Shown: positions 14,383-28,010 of the stretch, piece after piece | Layout: each line of letters starts with the position of its first letter | Position numbering within the stretch: position 1 is the stretch's first letter | Assembly (NCBI RefSeq): GCF_036321535.1 | Contig: NC_087437.1 | Location: 117,740,001-117,804,000, forward strand | Length of the DNA: 64,000 bases | Direction of reading: 5' to 3' | DNA from: Camelus dromedarius | Lineage: Eukaryota | The notes under the pieces: generated by a model | The model's input: only the letters and a program-made list of their open reading frames with translations | What the model was told of the DNA's origin: nothing | The model's database searches: none | Program-made: the position numbers and the translations under genes

Positions 14383-17300
14383 GAGGACACAGCGCTGTGG
14401 ACTGGCCCCTGCAGGTAGGATTCACTGGCTGGCTGGAGGCCGAGGGCGGGGAGGGAAGGGGGAGGAGGAGGGCGAGGAGAGGAGGGGCAGAGAAAGGCCT
14501 GAGAGAGGAGGGGCCGAGAGAGGCCAGGGTTTGGGTGGAATGAGAGTCAGCTCCCCTCCTTGCCAGGATGGTAAAACCCGAGCATCCGTTCAACTGGAGG
14601 ACAAGGGGTGCGAGCACCAGCTGGCCTCTGGTCATGGACTGGTGTCTGCCAGGTGCACACTAGTGACGACGTCACTGCACGGCGGCACTGCGCCTGCAAA
14701 CTGTTTAAGGAGAGTCTCTTATCTGCATGACAAAGAAAGTTACTTGTCTGCATGACAAAGATTGTTTTTATTAAATGCAGAGACAGGAGCAATACCGAAT
14801 TATGCTGAAGTCTAATCCAGTACTTTTCATACTGTACCAAAGTATTCTTATTATCTGTAATTTACCTGCTGTAGATGCATTTAACTTACGTGGCTCCTAC
14901 TTTACCCATAATGCCATGGAATGCTGTCGAGCTATACTTTTACATGCACTCTTTATTTTCAATGCAAATATCATATATTCATAAATATATGACACTGTAG
15001 GTTTTCATCACTAAATTATGCCGTGTACTAGATACACAATTGAATATATTTAACTTGATCCTGACTATAAGCAATTTTTAGCCTAATGTCCCAACTTTAG
15101 AAGCCAATCCACTTACAAAACCTGAGGTTGGTGTACTAAACAGAGACCCACGGCTGGTCACTAGCAAATGTCCAAAATGCTGCTTCAGTTCCAGCCTCAT
15201 GGTTTCTACTCATTACCCCTATTTGCATTTCTGATAATACGTTCCGTCAGTCAAGGCTAAAATAACGATGCTAACCTTCTAACCTGCTGTAACCTAACAG
15301 TTCATAACTTGTTTATAATCAGAACAATGCAAGTGTCTGTCCTCAGATACCTTGCATTATGCCAGGTTCATCCAGGCTCAATGTGAAGCTTTCAGAGGAA
15401 ACCATCCGAAAGGACTGCCAGCTGATGAACGGAGTTGGCCGTGATCTTAGCCCTTCATTCAAGTTCAGTTTACACCCTGTCAGGGTGAGTCAGCTGAGAG
15501 GCACAGCCTTTGCTCTGGGGCTGAATGGAGCCACCCCTCCTAGGCTGGGTCCCAGCCAGCCTGTCTTCCCAGCACGCCCAGGCGTAGACCTGGGTCCCAC
15601 ACTCTTGGCGCCAAGCAGCCTTTGGAAAGGTGGCCAGCATCTTTTCCCTGCACTTGAAGGCTGGGAGCCAGAAAGACAGCCTGCTTAGGGTGGGGGGCCA
15701 GCCGGGACCCTCTGGGCAGGCAGGCTGGCAGTTCTGCTCTGGGACAGAGAAATGGGGTCCCAACTCCGAGGACCCCAGGAAAAGACCGACCGATCACAGG
15801 GTTAAACCAAGAGGGCTAATCCAGTGGATACATGGGGAGAGATGTAGACTGTATTCTAAATGAAGCAAAAAAGTGATGAACGGTTTTATGAAAAGGATCT
15901 GCACGTTTTACGTATGTGCCAGAAAGTAGGATGCTAATATAGTCATGTAGGGCTTTTTATGGAGCCCCGAGGTCTCCAAAGGAAAGGCGCCCCTTCTTGA
16001 TACGCATATCTGAATGTGAACAATGGGAGTAGTGGCTCCTGTATTTATTTAACAGGTATCTACTGCTCTTCTACTGGGATATTGCGAACGAACAACATAG
16101 GCCCTCTACCCTCCCTGAGCTCACGGTCTCGTCAACTGAAAGAAGCTGAGGGAGGGCAGTCCTCCATGTGGACGACCAAGAAGTTCTGAAATCAGTTTGG
16201 ATTTTCCTTCTCTCATTATAAGGGGAAGAGCTTAGACTTGCTAACATGAGAAGGGCTGACAATTCCTTAAATATTTGTAAGGCATGTTGGTTGTCAGGAT
16301 TTTTAATAAAACTGTTGAAAATCCAACTCTAGAACCAATTGATTAGCTCATAAAAGAAATGTAAATTTTGTAATTTTGCACAGCCTAAGGATGAAAGCGA
16401 GAGGTCAAAAATTAAGTAAAATTAACTCCAAGGCAACACTTCTGAATTTCAACTGACTTAGGAAAGAAGGGTGTGGGCTGACTGCTCAAGTTATGCTCAG
16501 GTGAAGTCTACAATTTGGAAAGAAAGTGGCAGTAGGTAGAAATGTGCATGTTACCTATTTTCTTTAACTTTAATGGGGATGGGTAAAATTTATAGCATGA
16601 GGTTGGAAGGAAAAGGAAACGGAAATAATATTTGTTGACCTTTCCGCGCACAAGCTCACTTCACGCGCATTAGCTTAGCAACTGCTTGGAAGAGCAGGCA
16701 GGCAGGCAGCCAGGGTAGGCAGGGCTTCTCCATCTGATAGTCACAAGCCCTCAGATCTTGGGCAAGTCCCTCCAACTTTGGAGGTTGTACACAACTAGGT
16801 CTACCTAGCGCACAGACCTCAGGGTAAAAAGCATGTCAGGGCTGAGCAGCGAGCTGGCCAGTGAGCGAGGACTCAGGAGGACAGGTCTCCCAGGAACCCC
16901 AGCCAGAAACGAGCAGCGCTGCCTGTAAGTCACCCTTCCCGCGCGGCACGTCTTACCCTGCGGGTGGAGGGACGCGGGTGTCTAAGGCAGGTGGAAGTTT
17001 ATTACATCACTACTATGAAGGTCACAGGTAATAAGCGGCTTTATTTTTAAATGATAAACTAGGCTGTTTTCCCATCGTAAGAGCTCGTCTCTGAAACATT
17101 GAAATGAGTCCTCAAATAGTTGGAATTATTGTGCCTTGTGGAGGTGCGGCGCTCCAGTTAAAAGTACTCTTCAGATTACTAAAATCGAACTAAATCCCCA
17201 AATATTCAACGTTAATATTTTATGGAAAGCATGTGTCTTTTCTGCAACACTGTTTATTCTAAATAAAATCCCAGTCAGAGACTAGGATACAGAAGAATAA

Positions 17301-18682
17301 GAAAGTGGCCACCTCATTATCGGGATTTTTACCCTGAGTCGTCAGTTTGACAATTGTTTTCAGCAAAGCAATGGAAAATTTCCATAATTCTCAGTTTTAT
17401 TCGAACAATTGAAAGGTTCATATTTTCGGGATAGCCCATGGCTTTAAAAAGAGTTCTCACTCAAAACAAAACACAACACAACATTGAGGTCTACAGGAAA
17501 GAATGTCTCTGCCTTAAAATTGCGTTCTCTGGTAAATGTTTTGAGATATCTAGAGTAACTGAACAGTCTAAACTCTGAATGTCCCATGAGCTTATGTGAA
17601 TAGTTATCAAACCATCCTTAATCTGCATAAAACAGGATCAGTTGATTCTGAGAGTGACCAGATTAGGTGACAGGAACTGTCAAAAGAAACACGTTCTGTC
17701 AGTGTTTTTACACTTAGGAGAGGGACTAAAATCAGAATTTTCTGAAAAGAACAGAGAATTCCCCTTTAGTTTTACAATTTTCAGGGACTTAATCAAATAT
17801 ATTGTTATCAATAATCTGTAGCTTTAAATATTCTCTCTGATTTTGAATAACCCCAGCAGAAACATACAGTAAACTGTATCTGCTTATGCGAACCCTTCTG
17901 TTTTTCACGGGGTGTGGGGCAAGAGTTACAAAGGGAAACTTTATTTTCATTTGCTTTATCTTTGTTTTACTTAGAACCCTTGCTTTATATCTTGAGCTTT
18001 TGTTAAGGCATGGCTTAGCATTTTTGACTCAAAATATGTAACAGTATTGAGGAGGTTTCTGAGCTTATAAAATACAGACAATTTAATTCCTGGTTCCTGG
18101 CCATCTTCCTGGGGGCTCACACTTAAGCGATATGCTGCTGATGCCCATTTTCCCTACAATTTATCACACACTTATTAGATAATTATTGCCATTTTTTTCC
18201 CCAATAAATTATAGTAGAAACCCACATGTAAACGGCCGGTCTGCCTGGTGCACGGAGCGTGGGTCGCGCCACTGGGCGTCCACCACTGGACGCCCCACTC
18301 TGTTTCCTGCAGTGTGAACTAGACCCTCGCCGTGTTACAGCCTGGTGTTTGGAGAGCCTGAAAGCTAGGGTGCCTTCCTCACAGCAGCTTCTGAAAGACA
18401 TGTGCTGCAGAGGCTAGTGTGACAAGAACACTTGTCACTTCCAACTCACATATGCACTCATTCATTCACGCAGAACCGCCAGGCGTGGGGACCAAAGACA
18501 ACTGAGACACTCCCTGTCTCTAAGGAGCTCGCAGAACAGCAGAGGAGATGCGACTGACGGGACCACAGAACGCGTGAGCTGGGGACTTCGTGGAGCCATC
18601 GCCGGGGTCAGGGTAGCTAAAGATGGAAGAGTTAATTCCACTTTGGAGATTCACGCGTCTTCACATCTTCATAGAGGGGTCA

Positions 18683-18730
18683 GGTGGGACCGGATGGGTG
18701 GGACCAGATGGGTGGGACCGCACGGGTAGG
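18683..18730. repeat. 14-bp unit minisatellite, ~3.4 copies
   Basis: ggtgggaccggatg / ggtgggaccagatg / ggtgggaccgcacg / ggtagg. Confidence 0.85.
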
Positions 18731-20717
18731 AGGGTGGGGTGCTACAAACAGGGTGAGCAGCAATGTCAGTGGAGGAGAGGAGATGACAGACCAGGGGGTC
18801 CCATATACCTGGGGAAGGAGAGGGCAGCAAACCTGAAACAGGGGCTGTGACCTGGTGCTGGTGGCTAGGCTGTCCTCTGGGGCTTGGCCTGTAGCCAGCA
18901 AGCCGCGGGGAACCTCTGCCGAACATGAAAATGGAAACATTTGACACTTTTCTTTGGTGAAAGAAATAACCAAGATAACCAGGGAAAGCTGTTATTTTGT
19001 TCACTGGAAGGTGTGCGTTACAGAAGTGTTGCTGGGTCAGTGAGAATTAAACTCATGGAACATGGCTCACTGGTGGCAGGAAATGGCCAAGAACGTGCCC
19101 CTGACCTTTAAGAGGGTTAGTTTCTTAAAGGGCTGGATTCCCACCCAAAGCCCGGAGCTGTTCTGCCCTCTACGTCCTGCCTCTCCACTGGGCGCATCTT
19201 TTACTTCTGATGGGTTGTCTCGTGACCCTAAATGAGTTTCCGCCTCCTTCTCCCCGATATTTCCATCCTGGCTGACGGATGTGCGGCCTCTTCCTTGGAC
19301 TAATGCCATTTCTGTCTTTCTTTACTTTCTTCTTTTTCCTCCTTTCCTATCAGCCTAAAGAGGCTAATTACACAAAGCATAAATCTGGAATTTTTACACC
19401 ATAAAATAAAAGCATGTTTTAGGCAACATATTGTACTTGGATTACCTAGAATTGTATGCAGGTTGGTTGAATCAGCGACGCGCTGTCATTACACGATCAG
19501 GCCAGTGTGAAACGACAGCCCGTCAACGGCAGCCCTATGTCACTCGGTGGTTCAATCACCCACACACCTGCCTGCGTTCTGACAGGCCGGGCAACGCCGG
19601 CAGCCCGCCACCCCGAGGTAACTCACTGTCCACAAACAGGACGTTACAATCCGCTCACCGTCTAAAGGAGACAAGGCCTCTTTTTTGACAGCCCACCACT
19701 TGTTCCTCCCTTTGACTCTAAGAAGAAATTTAACTGCAACCTACTGACTTCCTGCTGCTTTTCTATGGAGACAGAAAGGATTCCCTGCCTTTTAAAGCCT
19801 CCACAGTTTCCACTTTTTAGATATAAGAGCTCTGTGGACAGACACGTCTCTGGTGCAGGACACAGAAAGCTCCAGGGGCCACCATAATAGCTGGTCTTGT
19901 CGTGCAAGAAAGTGCATGAAAAGACAGTGCAACGGAATGTGGGCGAAACTCCCCGTCTAACTCCAGGCGGAGTGAGTCAGCGTTCCCCGGGCAGAGCGGC
20001 CGAGATGCGTGCGGGGCCGCGGCTCGCTGAGTGCGTTTCTCGCAGGGTATGTGATGCTCGCAGCTGGCGGACGCGCTCACAAAGACGGACGGCGCCCCTC
20101 CCCACACGGCTCAGCCTGCCCTGTCTGAGCCCTGAACAGACACAGCCTGCCACCCGCTGGCATCACAGCTCCTTGGCTGGGCTGTGAGACTGCACAAAGC
20201 GGCTTGCTGCAGTAGTGTGTGTTAGCACCAAAGGCGGTGTCCACCCCAAGCAGGAAAACCCCCTTTTTGTTGTTACAGAGGCTGGTGGTTTTATGAAAGA
20301 GCTGAGGCTCAACCAACAACAGGCGCAACGGGCGAGGGTTTTCCGGGGGACAAGAGGAGTGGTTTGAAGACCTCACTCCGGCTGCCACCTTCTTCTTCGG
20401 GGAGAGCGCAGCGGAAAAGGGTGAGGAAGGAGGTAAGAAGAAAACGTGCAGTGAGAGAAACCCAGAACCGGAAAAGCAAGCGCACCTCTGCAGAAGTCCC
20501 GACCCAGCCACGGCACTCCAGATGACGTGGAACCTGCGCGGGAGCACAGGAGCACAGGAAGGAGGTGGCCGGCTCCCCAAGCAGCTTCGCCGCCAGCCGA
20601 GGGACTTCAAGACCCCTGGGGCAGTGGCGCCGAGTGTGCTGGTTTGCAATGAACTTGGGCCAGAATATAAATCAGCGTCGCTTCCTTCCTTGAGAAAGTC
20701 TATTCATTCTATGATCT

Positions 20718-20795
20718 CTTTTGTACTGAAGTATAGTTGGTGGACGGTCCCACGTTAGTCTCCGGTGTACAGCGTGTGGATTCAGTCACACCACG
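20718..20795 (-). mobile_element. Short L1 3' end fragment
   Basis: 'tgaagtatagttg...gttagtctccggtgtacagc...gattcagtcacac'. Confidence 0.65.
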
Positions 20796-21352
20796 GAAAA
20801 CCCGTCGGCCGGACTCAGAGCCGCGTGCTGAGTGGTGTGGTCCTTTGCACTGCGGCAGGTTTTCTCCCCGCAGCGGGTGACAAGCTTTCCGCTCACCAGC
20901 AGCCTGTCTGCATCTGCTGGCCATGCCGGGGGCACCACGGCCTCGGACGGCAGCCGGCCCGTCAGCACCCCCGCCCCCGCCCCCGGGCATGTGCGAGGGC
21001 AGAGCTAGCTGGGGCTCAGCCAGCACTTCTCTCCTTTCTGCCACTTGGTGGACTGGCTACCACGCCAGGATTTGCCATTTAGAAAAAGCCGTTAGAAAGT
21101 TTCCGCTGGGCTGAAATGAACCCACAGAGTCATGCACATCCCCTGCACTACTCCTGTGGAGACCGACACTTAGGACCCAATCATGACTGAAAGACAAAAA
21201 ACCAGACACCAATGACAACTCCACGCTCTGCAGATAACAGAACTGCTGTGGAAGTATTCCAGTGTGCATACACATGTCGGATTTCAGTAAGAGGGCTTTT
21301 CATCTAGCTTTGCAAAATGAAAGCTTCATAGAATGTTCCTGTCGGGGCATCA

Positions 21353-21673
<321 letters not shown>

Positions 21674-23351
21674 TCACTCACGCCGAGAGAAAATGAAGTT
21701 TCAGGACCTGTCCTCGTGCTTTCCTCCCCTTGTCTCTGACACCTTGATGAATAAACCCCAAGTTTGAGCACATTAACCGGTGGGCCAGGAGGCTGTCACA
21801 CAACCTGTCTCTGGGATCACTATGCAGTGCTTATAGGAGGCCCTTCTCGCTCCTTTGAAGCCTTGTGTAGGGACATGCTGAGGTCCTTGGGTTGCTCAGA
21901 ACTACTTGGGGAGGGGAAAAAAAAAGATTTCTCTGTCTTTGAGTCTTTCTGGTTGCTTTAGTTCTCCACTCTTTTCAATTAAAAACTCCTGTTGACCCGG
22001 GGCTGCAGCCAGAGGCAGAAGCAGAGGTGAAGGGTAAAGCAAAGTAGAGACTCTCACACACCCGCTCCCAGTGCTTGCGCAGGTGCCGATGACGCCCCAG
22101 GCACAGCCAGGCCCTCGGGACTAGGGGCAGACCGTGTCTGCGCACGCAACGCAGAGCTTAGAGAGAGGAGACATCCCTGGCCAGCAAGAGTCTAATCTCA
22201 TCTGAACAACTGGATGAAGACACAACACAGCATATGCCCAAGTGTCTCTGGGAGCTGAAGGCAGTGGTCACCCAGGGGCCAGCAGGGAGAGACCCCTTTG
22301 GATGACAACGTTTTCAGATGGACAGGTTTTCAGTCACTGCTGAGCTGCACAAAGGGCCACTTCTCTGGATGCCAGTTTGCACGAGGGTCAGGAGCATGTG
22401 GGCGACAAAAAAGCAAGAATGATGGAGGGAAACCAGCCTGAGGGGCTTGGCAGCGAGAGAGGAAGGGAAGAGAGAAACGTCATTTTAGGGGAGAGGCGAG
22501 AGCAAGGGAAACACGTTTTCCTCTTCTCAGACAAAGAAGTTTTGAGTAGCATGGCCATGCAGCTGAAACTCAGAGCTTGTCCCTCCAGCAGGTCACGAGG
22601 ACAGTTTTCTGGGGGACCCACAGCCTCTCAGGTTTATTGATTCTCCAGGCTAAAAGGCTGTGCTAGGCACTGAAGCTAATTTCTAAACAGTAACCAAGGG
22701 AGAGGCTGGCATTCAGCTAACTGTGATCATTGTTACGGCCCTGCACCAAATTTCTGCTCACATGGTCAAGCCCCTTATCAGATCCAGTGAAAACACGTGG
22801 GACAGATTTCCCTCACGCACAGATAATCCTGCGGTCGCGGAGAAGCATGCAGTTCATCCACAGAACCCTTGGGAGAATTATTTTGAGGGTCTGACAGTTA
22901 TACCGATGCCAGATTATTTTAACTTAATTTTGCTAAATCCAGTTGAACAAGGAGCCTGCTTGCTCAGAGGCGGGGGCAAGGCTGGGGCACCCTCTGGAGG
23001 AGCGGAGCCACCGGCACAGCCTTTATTTTCTTGTTGAGATACATTCATAATCACAGACAAGGCACTAGAAGAGTGTTTCTAAAAAGCGCTTTCAATTCTA
23101 TGAGAAAACACAAAGTCAACGATGCAATTACGACTTGGGGACAATTTGTTTCTCGGCTGGCATTTTATGAAAGCCCCCTATGAAATGGGGGGAACAGTCC
23201 CTGTCTCCAAGACCACTTTTAAGAACCCAAGACCTTTTCCACTTAGACTAGCAATACTTCAGTGGTTTGTCAGTAATTCTTTTATTAGTCGGCCTCGTCT
23301 CTGAAGTGAGCGCATTCAGATCTTTCCTCGCTTAAAAATGAAGTGACAGAA

Positions 23352-23462
23352 ACTATATGCATCCATCAAAACCCATCAAATTGTACATCTGAAATATGTA
23401 TAGTTTACTGTATAGGAATCATACTACAATAAAGGTGTTAAAATTTTTTAATTAAAAAAAAT
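23352..23462 (+). mobile_element. Old L1M 3' end fragment
   Basis: 'atcaaaacccatcaaattgtacatctgaaatatgtatagtttactgtat...aataaa'. Confidence 0.65.
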
Positions 23463-24617
23463 GGCAGAGGCTAAAATATTATAGCCCATAAACACACATT
23501 AGGGCTGTGCCCAATATAACTGGGTAGAGTCTTTGTCAGTTTGGGCACTGAATTTTCCACTCTAAATTTCTAAAACATTATAAGGAAAACCTTTTAAATG
23601 ATATGAAAAATGAGTCGGCTTCAGAATTGTAGTGCTTTTCTTCCAACTCCTTAGCTATAATTTTTTCATGAGTCCTCATTTCACTGCGGAAGGACAATTT
23701 CTGTAAAATTATAATCCAAGGCAGACTGAATTCCCAACGCTAAAATGGCTGAAGATCAACCATTAGGCATCCATTTATTTAACTAAATTTGAAAATTGTG
23801 TTGACATTTGACATTTCAGAATTTATTTACATGCTCTTGAATTGAAGCTGCGCTATAAATAGAAAGCTTAGTTTCTTCTCCTTTTTTAAAATCAGAACGT
23901 TTAGCTTTTTCTGGCGGGAAAAAGGAGATGGCTAGAGGTAAGAATTAACAATGAATGTGATTTTCCAAAATAAATAATCTCTGCATTTCTACAGAAGCCA
24001 AAACTACTCAATCTGTAAGAGTATTAAGTGAAGACTATATTTACAGTTCCTGAATGTTTTTTTCTGGGCAAGGCAACTTTCACGAATTCCTTTTGGCTAA
24101 AAACACAGCGATGACAGATTCTAACTGCCAAACCCACGATGGTCCTCTCTCGTTTCTAACCAGGGAACAAACGCCAAGACTCAAGCCTCAGCACTCCCCT
24201 CAGCCCCCAGATACCCTCTCCTCCACATATCTGTCTCCTGGCTCCACCCAGAGGCTTGGGGCATAACTGCTCAGGGAGCTGGGCTGAGCCACCACAGCAG
24301 GAAGCTCTCCCAAACTTCTCTCTCTGGTTCCTTTCTGAGGAATTTACTGAGGGCCTCTCGTGCGCCAGATCCAAAACTGGGCAAAGACTGGGGTGTAAAA
24401 GTGGGCAAAAAAAAAAAAAAAAAAAAAAGCCTGCGGGGCCCCTGCATGACCTCCGACCTCCCGCTCATCTCTGATAGCCTGGGTGAGCAGAATGTTCTTT
24501 GCTGGGCAAGGAGACCAAGATGCCATTCAGTAAAAATTAAAATAAAACCAAGAACAGTTGACGCCTCAACTGGGAAAAGATGAATTCATTTAATAATGAT
24601 TTCTCAAATAAAGAGTG

Positions 24618-25035
24618 TATTCATTTAAACTCTTCTTTATTTAGGCCCTGCCATGTGCCAGACACTGCTCTACGTGTCTGGGAATAGCAGTGCACAAAAC
24701 AGGCAGCTCTGCCTGCCTTTGAGGGACGGAGGGACCAAGAACAGGTCGTAAACAATATACATCAGCAAACCGTATGGTATGCTGACGGAGATGGATTCCA
24801 TTTTTTGCAAGGAAGGTGTTGAGGGAGGGAGGGGACCTGAGTGGGCGGTGGGTTGACATGAAATAGGGTGGTCAGGGTAGCACTCACTGAGAAGGTGATC
24901 CTGGAGCAAAGGCGTGAAGGAAATAGGGGAGGAGGGAAAGGACGCTCCAAAGCATTCCTGAATAATGCCAGAGTATCCCAGAACGACGGCTGACAGGAGT
25001 GCACTGGGCATGGATGAGGAGCAGCGAGGAGGGCA
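24618..25035 (-). mobile_element. L2 3' fragment
   Basis: 'ccatgtgccagacactgctcta...aatagggtggtcaggg...tcactgagaaggtga'. Confidence 0.75.
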
Positions 25036-26017
25036 GTGATTATTTTGGCTTAATTTCCAGCATCTCTAAATAGAGGCTGGAGCACAGCAACACCTACGGA
25101 AGCAGGATGCTGAAGGCACAGGGACTCCTGCTTCTCGGCGGGCACCCCCTGTGTGTCTGACCCTCTCCTTGAACACAGATGGCACCACACTGGGCCCTCG
25201 CGTCTGCTGTTACGTGTTGATGCCTTTTATTCACTAAGCCATCGTCACACTCCCTCCCCCTCTGCCTCCAGCTCAGCACACAGGACACTCTCCTTCTAGA
25301 TCAGACCAGCTATTCTGGAATGTGATGCAAGATGATGCAAGACTCGTCCACTCAGTGCGGGATCCAATGCAAACCCATCCCCTCCATGTGGTGACCCTTC
25401 CATAGTCCTGATCTTCCATTCTCTGATGAGTTTGAAAACTCACTGGTTATTCAATGAGCTTCGGCATCACTGAACATTCACGGTCTCGGGGCAGGTTCAT
25501 AAAAGTGATGAAGAGATCAGCCACCCCAACTCGGTCACCACACTAAGTGACACTTGACCTTCAGGGCGCCGCTGCTGACGGGGAGGCTGGTCTTGGGTGA
25601 GGGTCAGCTGCGGACATGACCTGCTGCTTGGCGTCAAAGAAACCGGGCGTCTCAGGGCTCTTCTAGTCCTCTAGGAGCTAATCTCCTTAACTCCTGACCG
25701 TGTCTCCACTTTCTCTCTTGATTTCTCCTCTCCAGCGGACTAAGGATTGCTGAGGGGAGTCAGAAGGTGTGCTGGGCAGTGTGATCTGTGCTTCATGGCT
25801 ATTTCCTGAGGTCAAGTGCATCAGAGGGTCTGATGATGCCCTTGTGACTCTAACGTGAAATTAACTGCACTGCTGTGCAGCTGGAACAATGCTTTTTCCA
25901 GCATTAGGTGGGGATGCTCTGTGAATGGCAGAGATTCCTTCTTCCCTCAGCTTTGCAGTGGATGATACAATGGGAATCTGAAACCCAAATCCCCTCTGTG
26001 GCAAGACCCGAGTTAAG

Positions 26018-26190
26018 AATCTGGAAACGTTTCCTGTAAGGGACCAAATTGTAAAGATTTAGGCTCTGCGAGCTATGTGCAGTCTCTGTGGCCTATTCTT
26101 CTTTTTCTTCTTTTTAAAATGTAAAAACTGTTCTTAGCTCGAGAGTTGTAAGTGGAATTTGGTCCATGGGTTGTGGTTTACTGAACCCTT
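26018..26190. mobile_element. MER58-like DNA transposon
   Basis: 'tttcctgtaagggaccaaattgtaaagatttaggctctgc...gttgtggtttactgaaccc'. Confidence 0.7.
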
Positions 26191-27222
26191 ACATGAAAGA
26201 GGGGTGGGGATGACAGTTAATCGGGGTGCATGGCCAGCCTAAAGGGTAACCAGCATCCGCGTGGCTCCGGCTGCCGGCTCGGATGCCTCCTTTGGTCCCA
26301 GCTAGAGTTCTGATGGGTGGACCTTCTTCCTTCTCTTGCCTCCTTCCTCCCCCCACCTTCTAGATCTACCCTTTTGCCTTTCCCTACCTTTCTCTTTTTA
26401 TGATGCCACTCACGTCAGTGTGGTTTTAACCCTCCATAGATTTTCCTCACCACACACACACACACATGCACACACACACTGCTATTTGTCTGTGTCCTAA
26501 GACAATCCTACCAGGTATGTTTATGAACAATTCTCCCATGTGTACTGAGCCCTCTCCCTGTACCAGACACACACGAGGGGTAGAGACGCGAGGAGCATGT
26601 GGCCCTGGGGAGAAGTAACGATATGGCTTAAAGGCTGTTGTCAGAAAGGTTTCTCCTTGGTGCTGGGGGACAAGGCACCAAAGTCATCCAGGGAGACTGG
26701 AGAAGGTCCGGCACTGGGGGGCATGGCTGATCTGCACAGAAGGAGATGCGGACCTCGGAGGGCCCTCCAGACAGCGGTCGGCACAGTGTGCAGGCATAGG
26801 AGTGGGCAGGAAGGGGCGGCTCATCTCTCATTGGGCCACAGGGAGGGAGAGGCACCCTCAGGTGCTGGGGACTTGAGGATGCCATTACCATAAAAATGAG
26901 TGGGTCTACAGCTTCCAGGAGCTTCCCTCTGAGGATTCTCACTGCTTAAAAGACGGCCTCATTTCTTTAGGGAAAGGGGGCAGTAAGAGCAGGAACGGTT
27001 ATCTCGAGATGCCTACGGCTCCCTAAAGGTGTGCCTTTGGGGATCCTGGCTGGTGTAAGCAGCTCTTTGACCCCTTTTCTGTTTTTTTGGCTCTGTTTTC
27101 CTCAGACCTTAATCAGAAAAATGAGATCACTAGGTAACACTGCACCTAACTTCTGAGTTCTGCTTTACCGAATGCACACCATGCCTGGCCTAACTTGCTG
27201 ATTCTTTTCCTGGATTAAAAGG

Positions 27223-27600
27223 TGTAAGAATGAAGAATTAAGTAGTTAAGAGTAACCGATTCTCTACTCCCAGCTTCTCCCTTAGCAAATCTGCAGGTGG
27301 ACCACGTGGGCCAGACAGCATCCAAAGGAAGCTCAGGAGGAGCCCATGGGTCTGCACGCAGTGGAACAGTGACGAGGAATTTGACCTCCTACCTCAATGA
27401 TTAACTGAGATTGTTTCCCTTTTTTTCCTTTAAAAATTGTCATGACTGAGCAGAATCTTTGGAGGTGATCTTACGACATGAGTCCACTTTCTCCCCACAC
27501 TGCTCGCTTTTCTGATTAAAGCACCTTTTCTTTCTACCGACACTTGCCTCTTGATTAGTGGTTTTTGAGCAGCAAGCAGTGGAGCCTAAGTTCGATAACA
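27223..27600 (+). mobile_element. ERV1-class solo LTR
   Basis: TG...CA termini (tgtaag...ataaca), TATA-like tttaaaaa, attaaa signal, 'ttgagcagcaagcag' U5-like end; no clear TSD. Confidence 0.65.
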
Positions 27601-27996
27601 CCAGGAGAGGTGTTGCGTGGTCAACACCTGTGGGAAGTTCTGGAGAGGGTGTCTTTGGTCAGGAGAGCTCCCCTCTGTTCTATGAGTCAGAGGAAACTTT
27701 TTCATTTCTATCACACAAAGCTACACACCCAGACAAAGCCAAATTCTGCTTTGTAGCTTTCCTTTGCTCAAGCCTTTCCTTTCCTTGCATGTTCCCTTAG
27801 CTCATCTGAGTAGTAAATGAGAGGGGCTGTGCGGCCGCCAGCAGCCAGCACCTGGGGAAAACCCAGAAGGCCGGCCCCGGAGCCAAGGAAGTGGCTCTGC
27901 ATCTGTGTGTCTGCGGAGATGCTGGGAGTGGACTGCATGCTGGTGCCCAGCGACCAGGAGCGGCTGTTCACCTGCCTCCTGGCTGAAGAAAAGCAC

Positions 27997-28010
27997 GTTA
28001 CCATGGCAAC
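27997..28010. promoter_or_regulatory. RFX X-box
   Basis: GTTACCATGGCAAC, exact match to GTTNCCATGGNAAC. Confidence 0.55.

Noticed and set aside
14722..14761. Direct repeat tctgcatgacaaaga x2 containing TGCATG
   Set aside because: Only two copies, so not a CRISPR-like array; TGCATG is on the strand opposite the DSCAM pre-mRNA, so it is not an RBFOX site.
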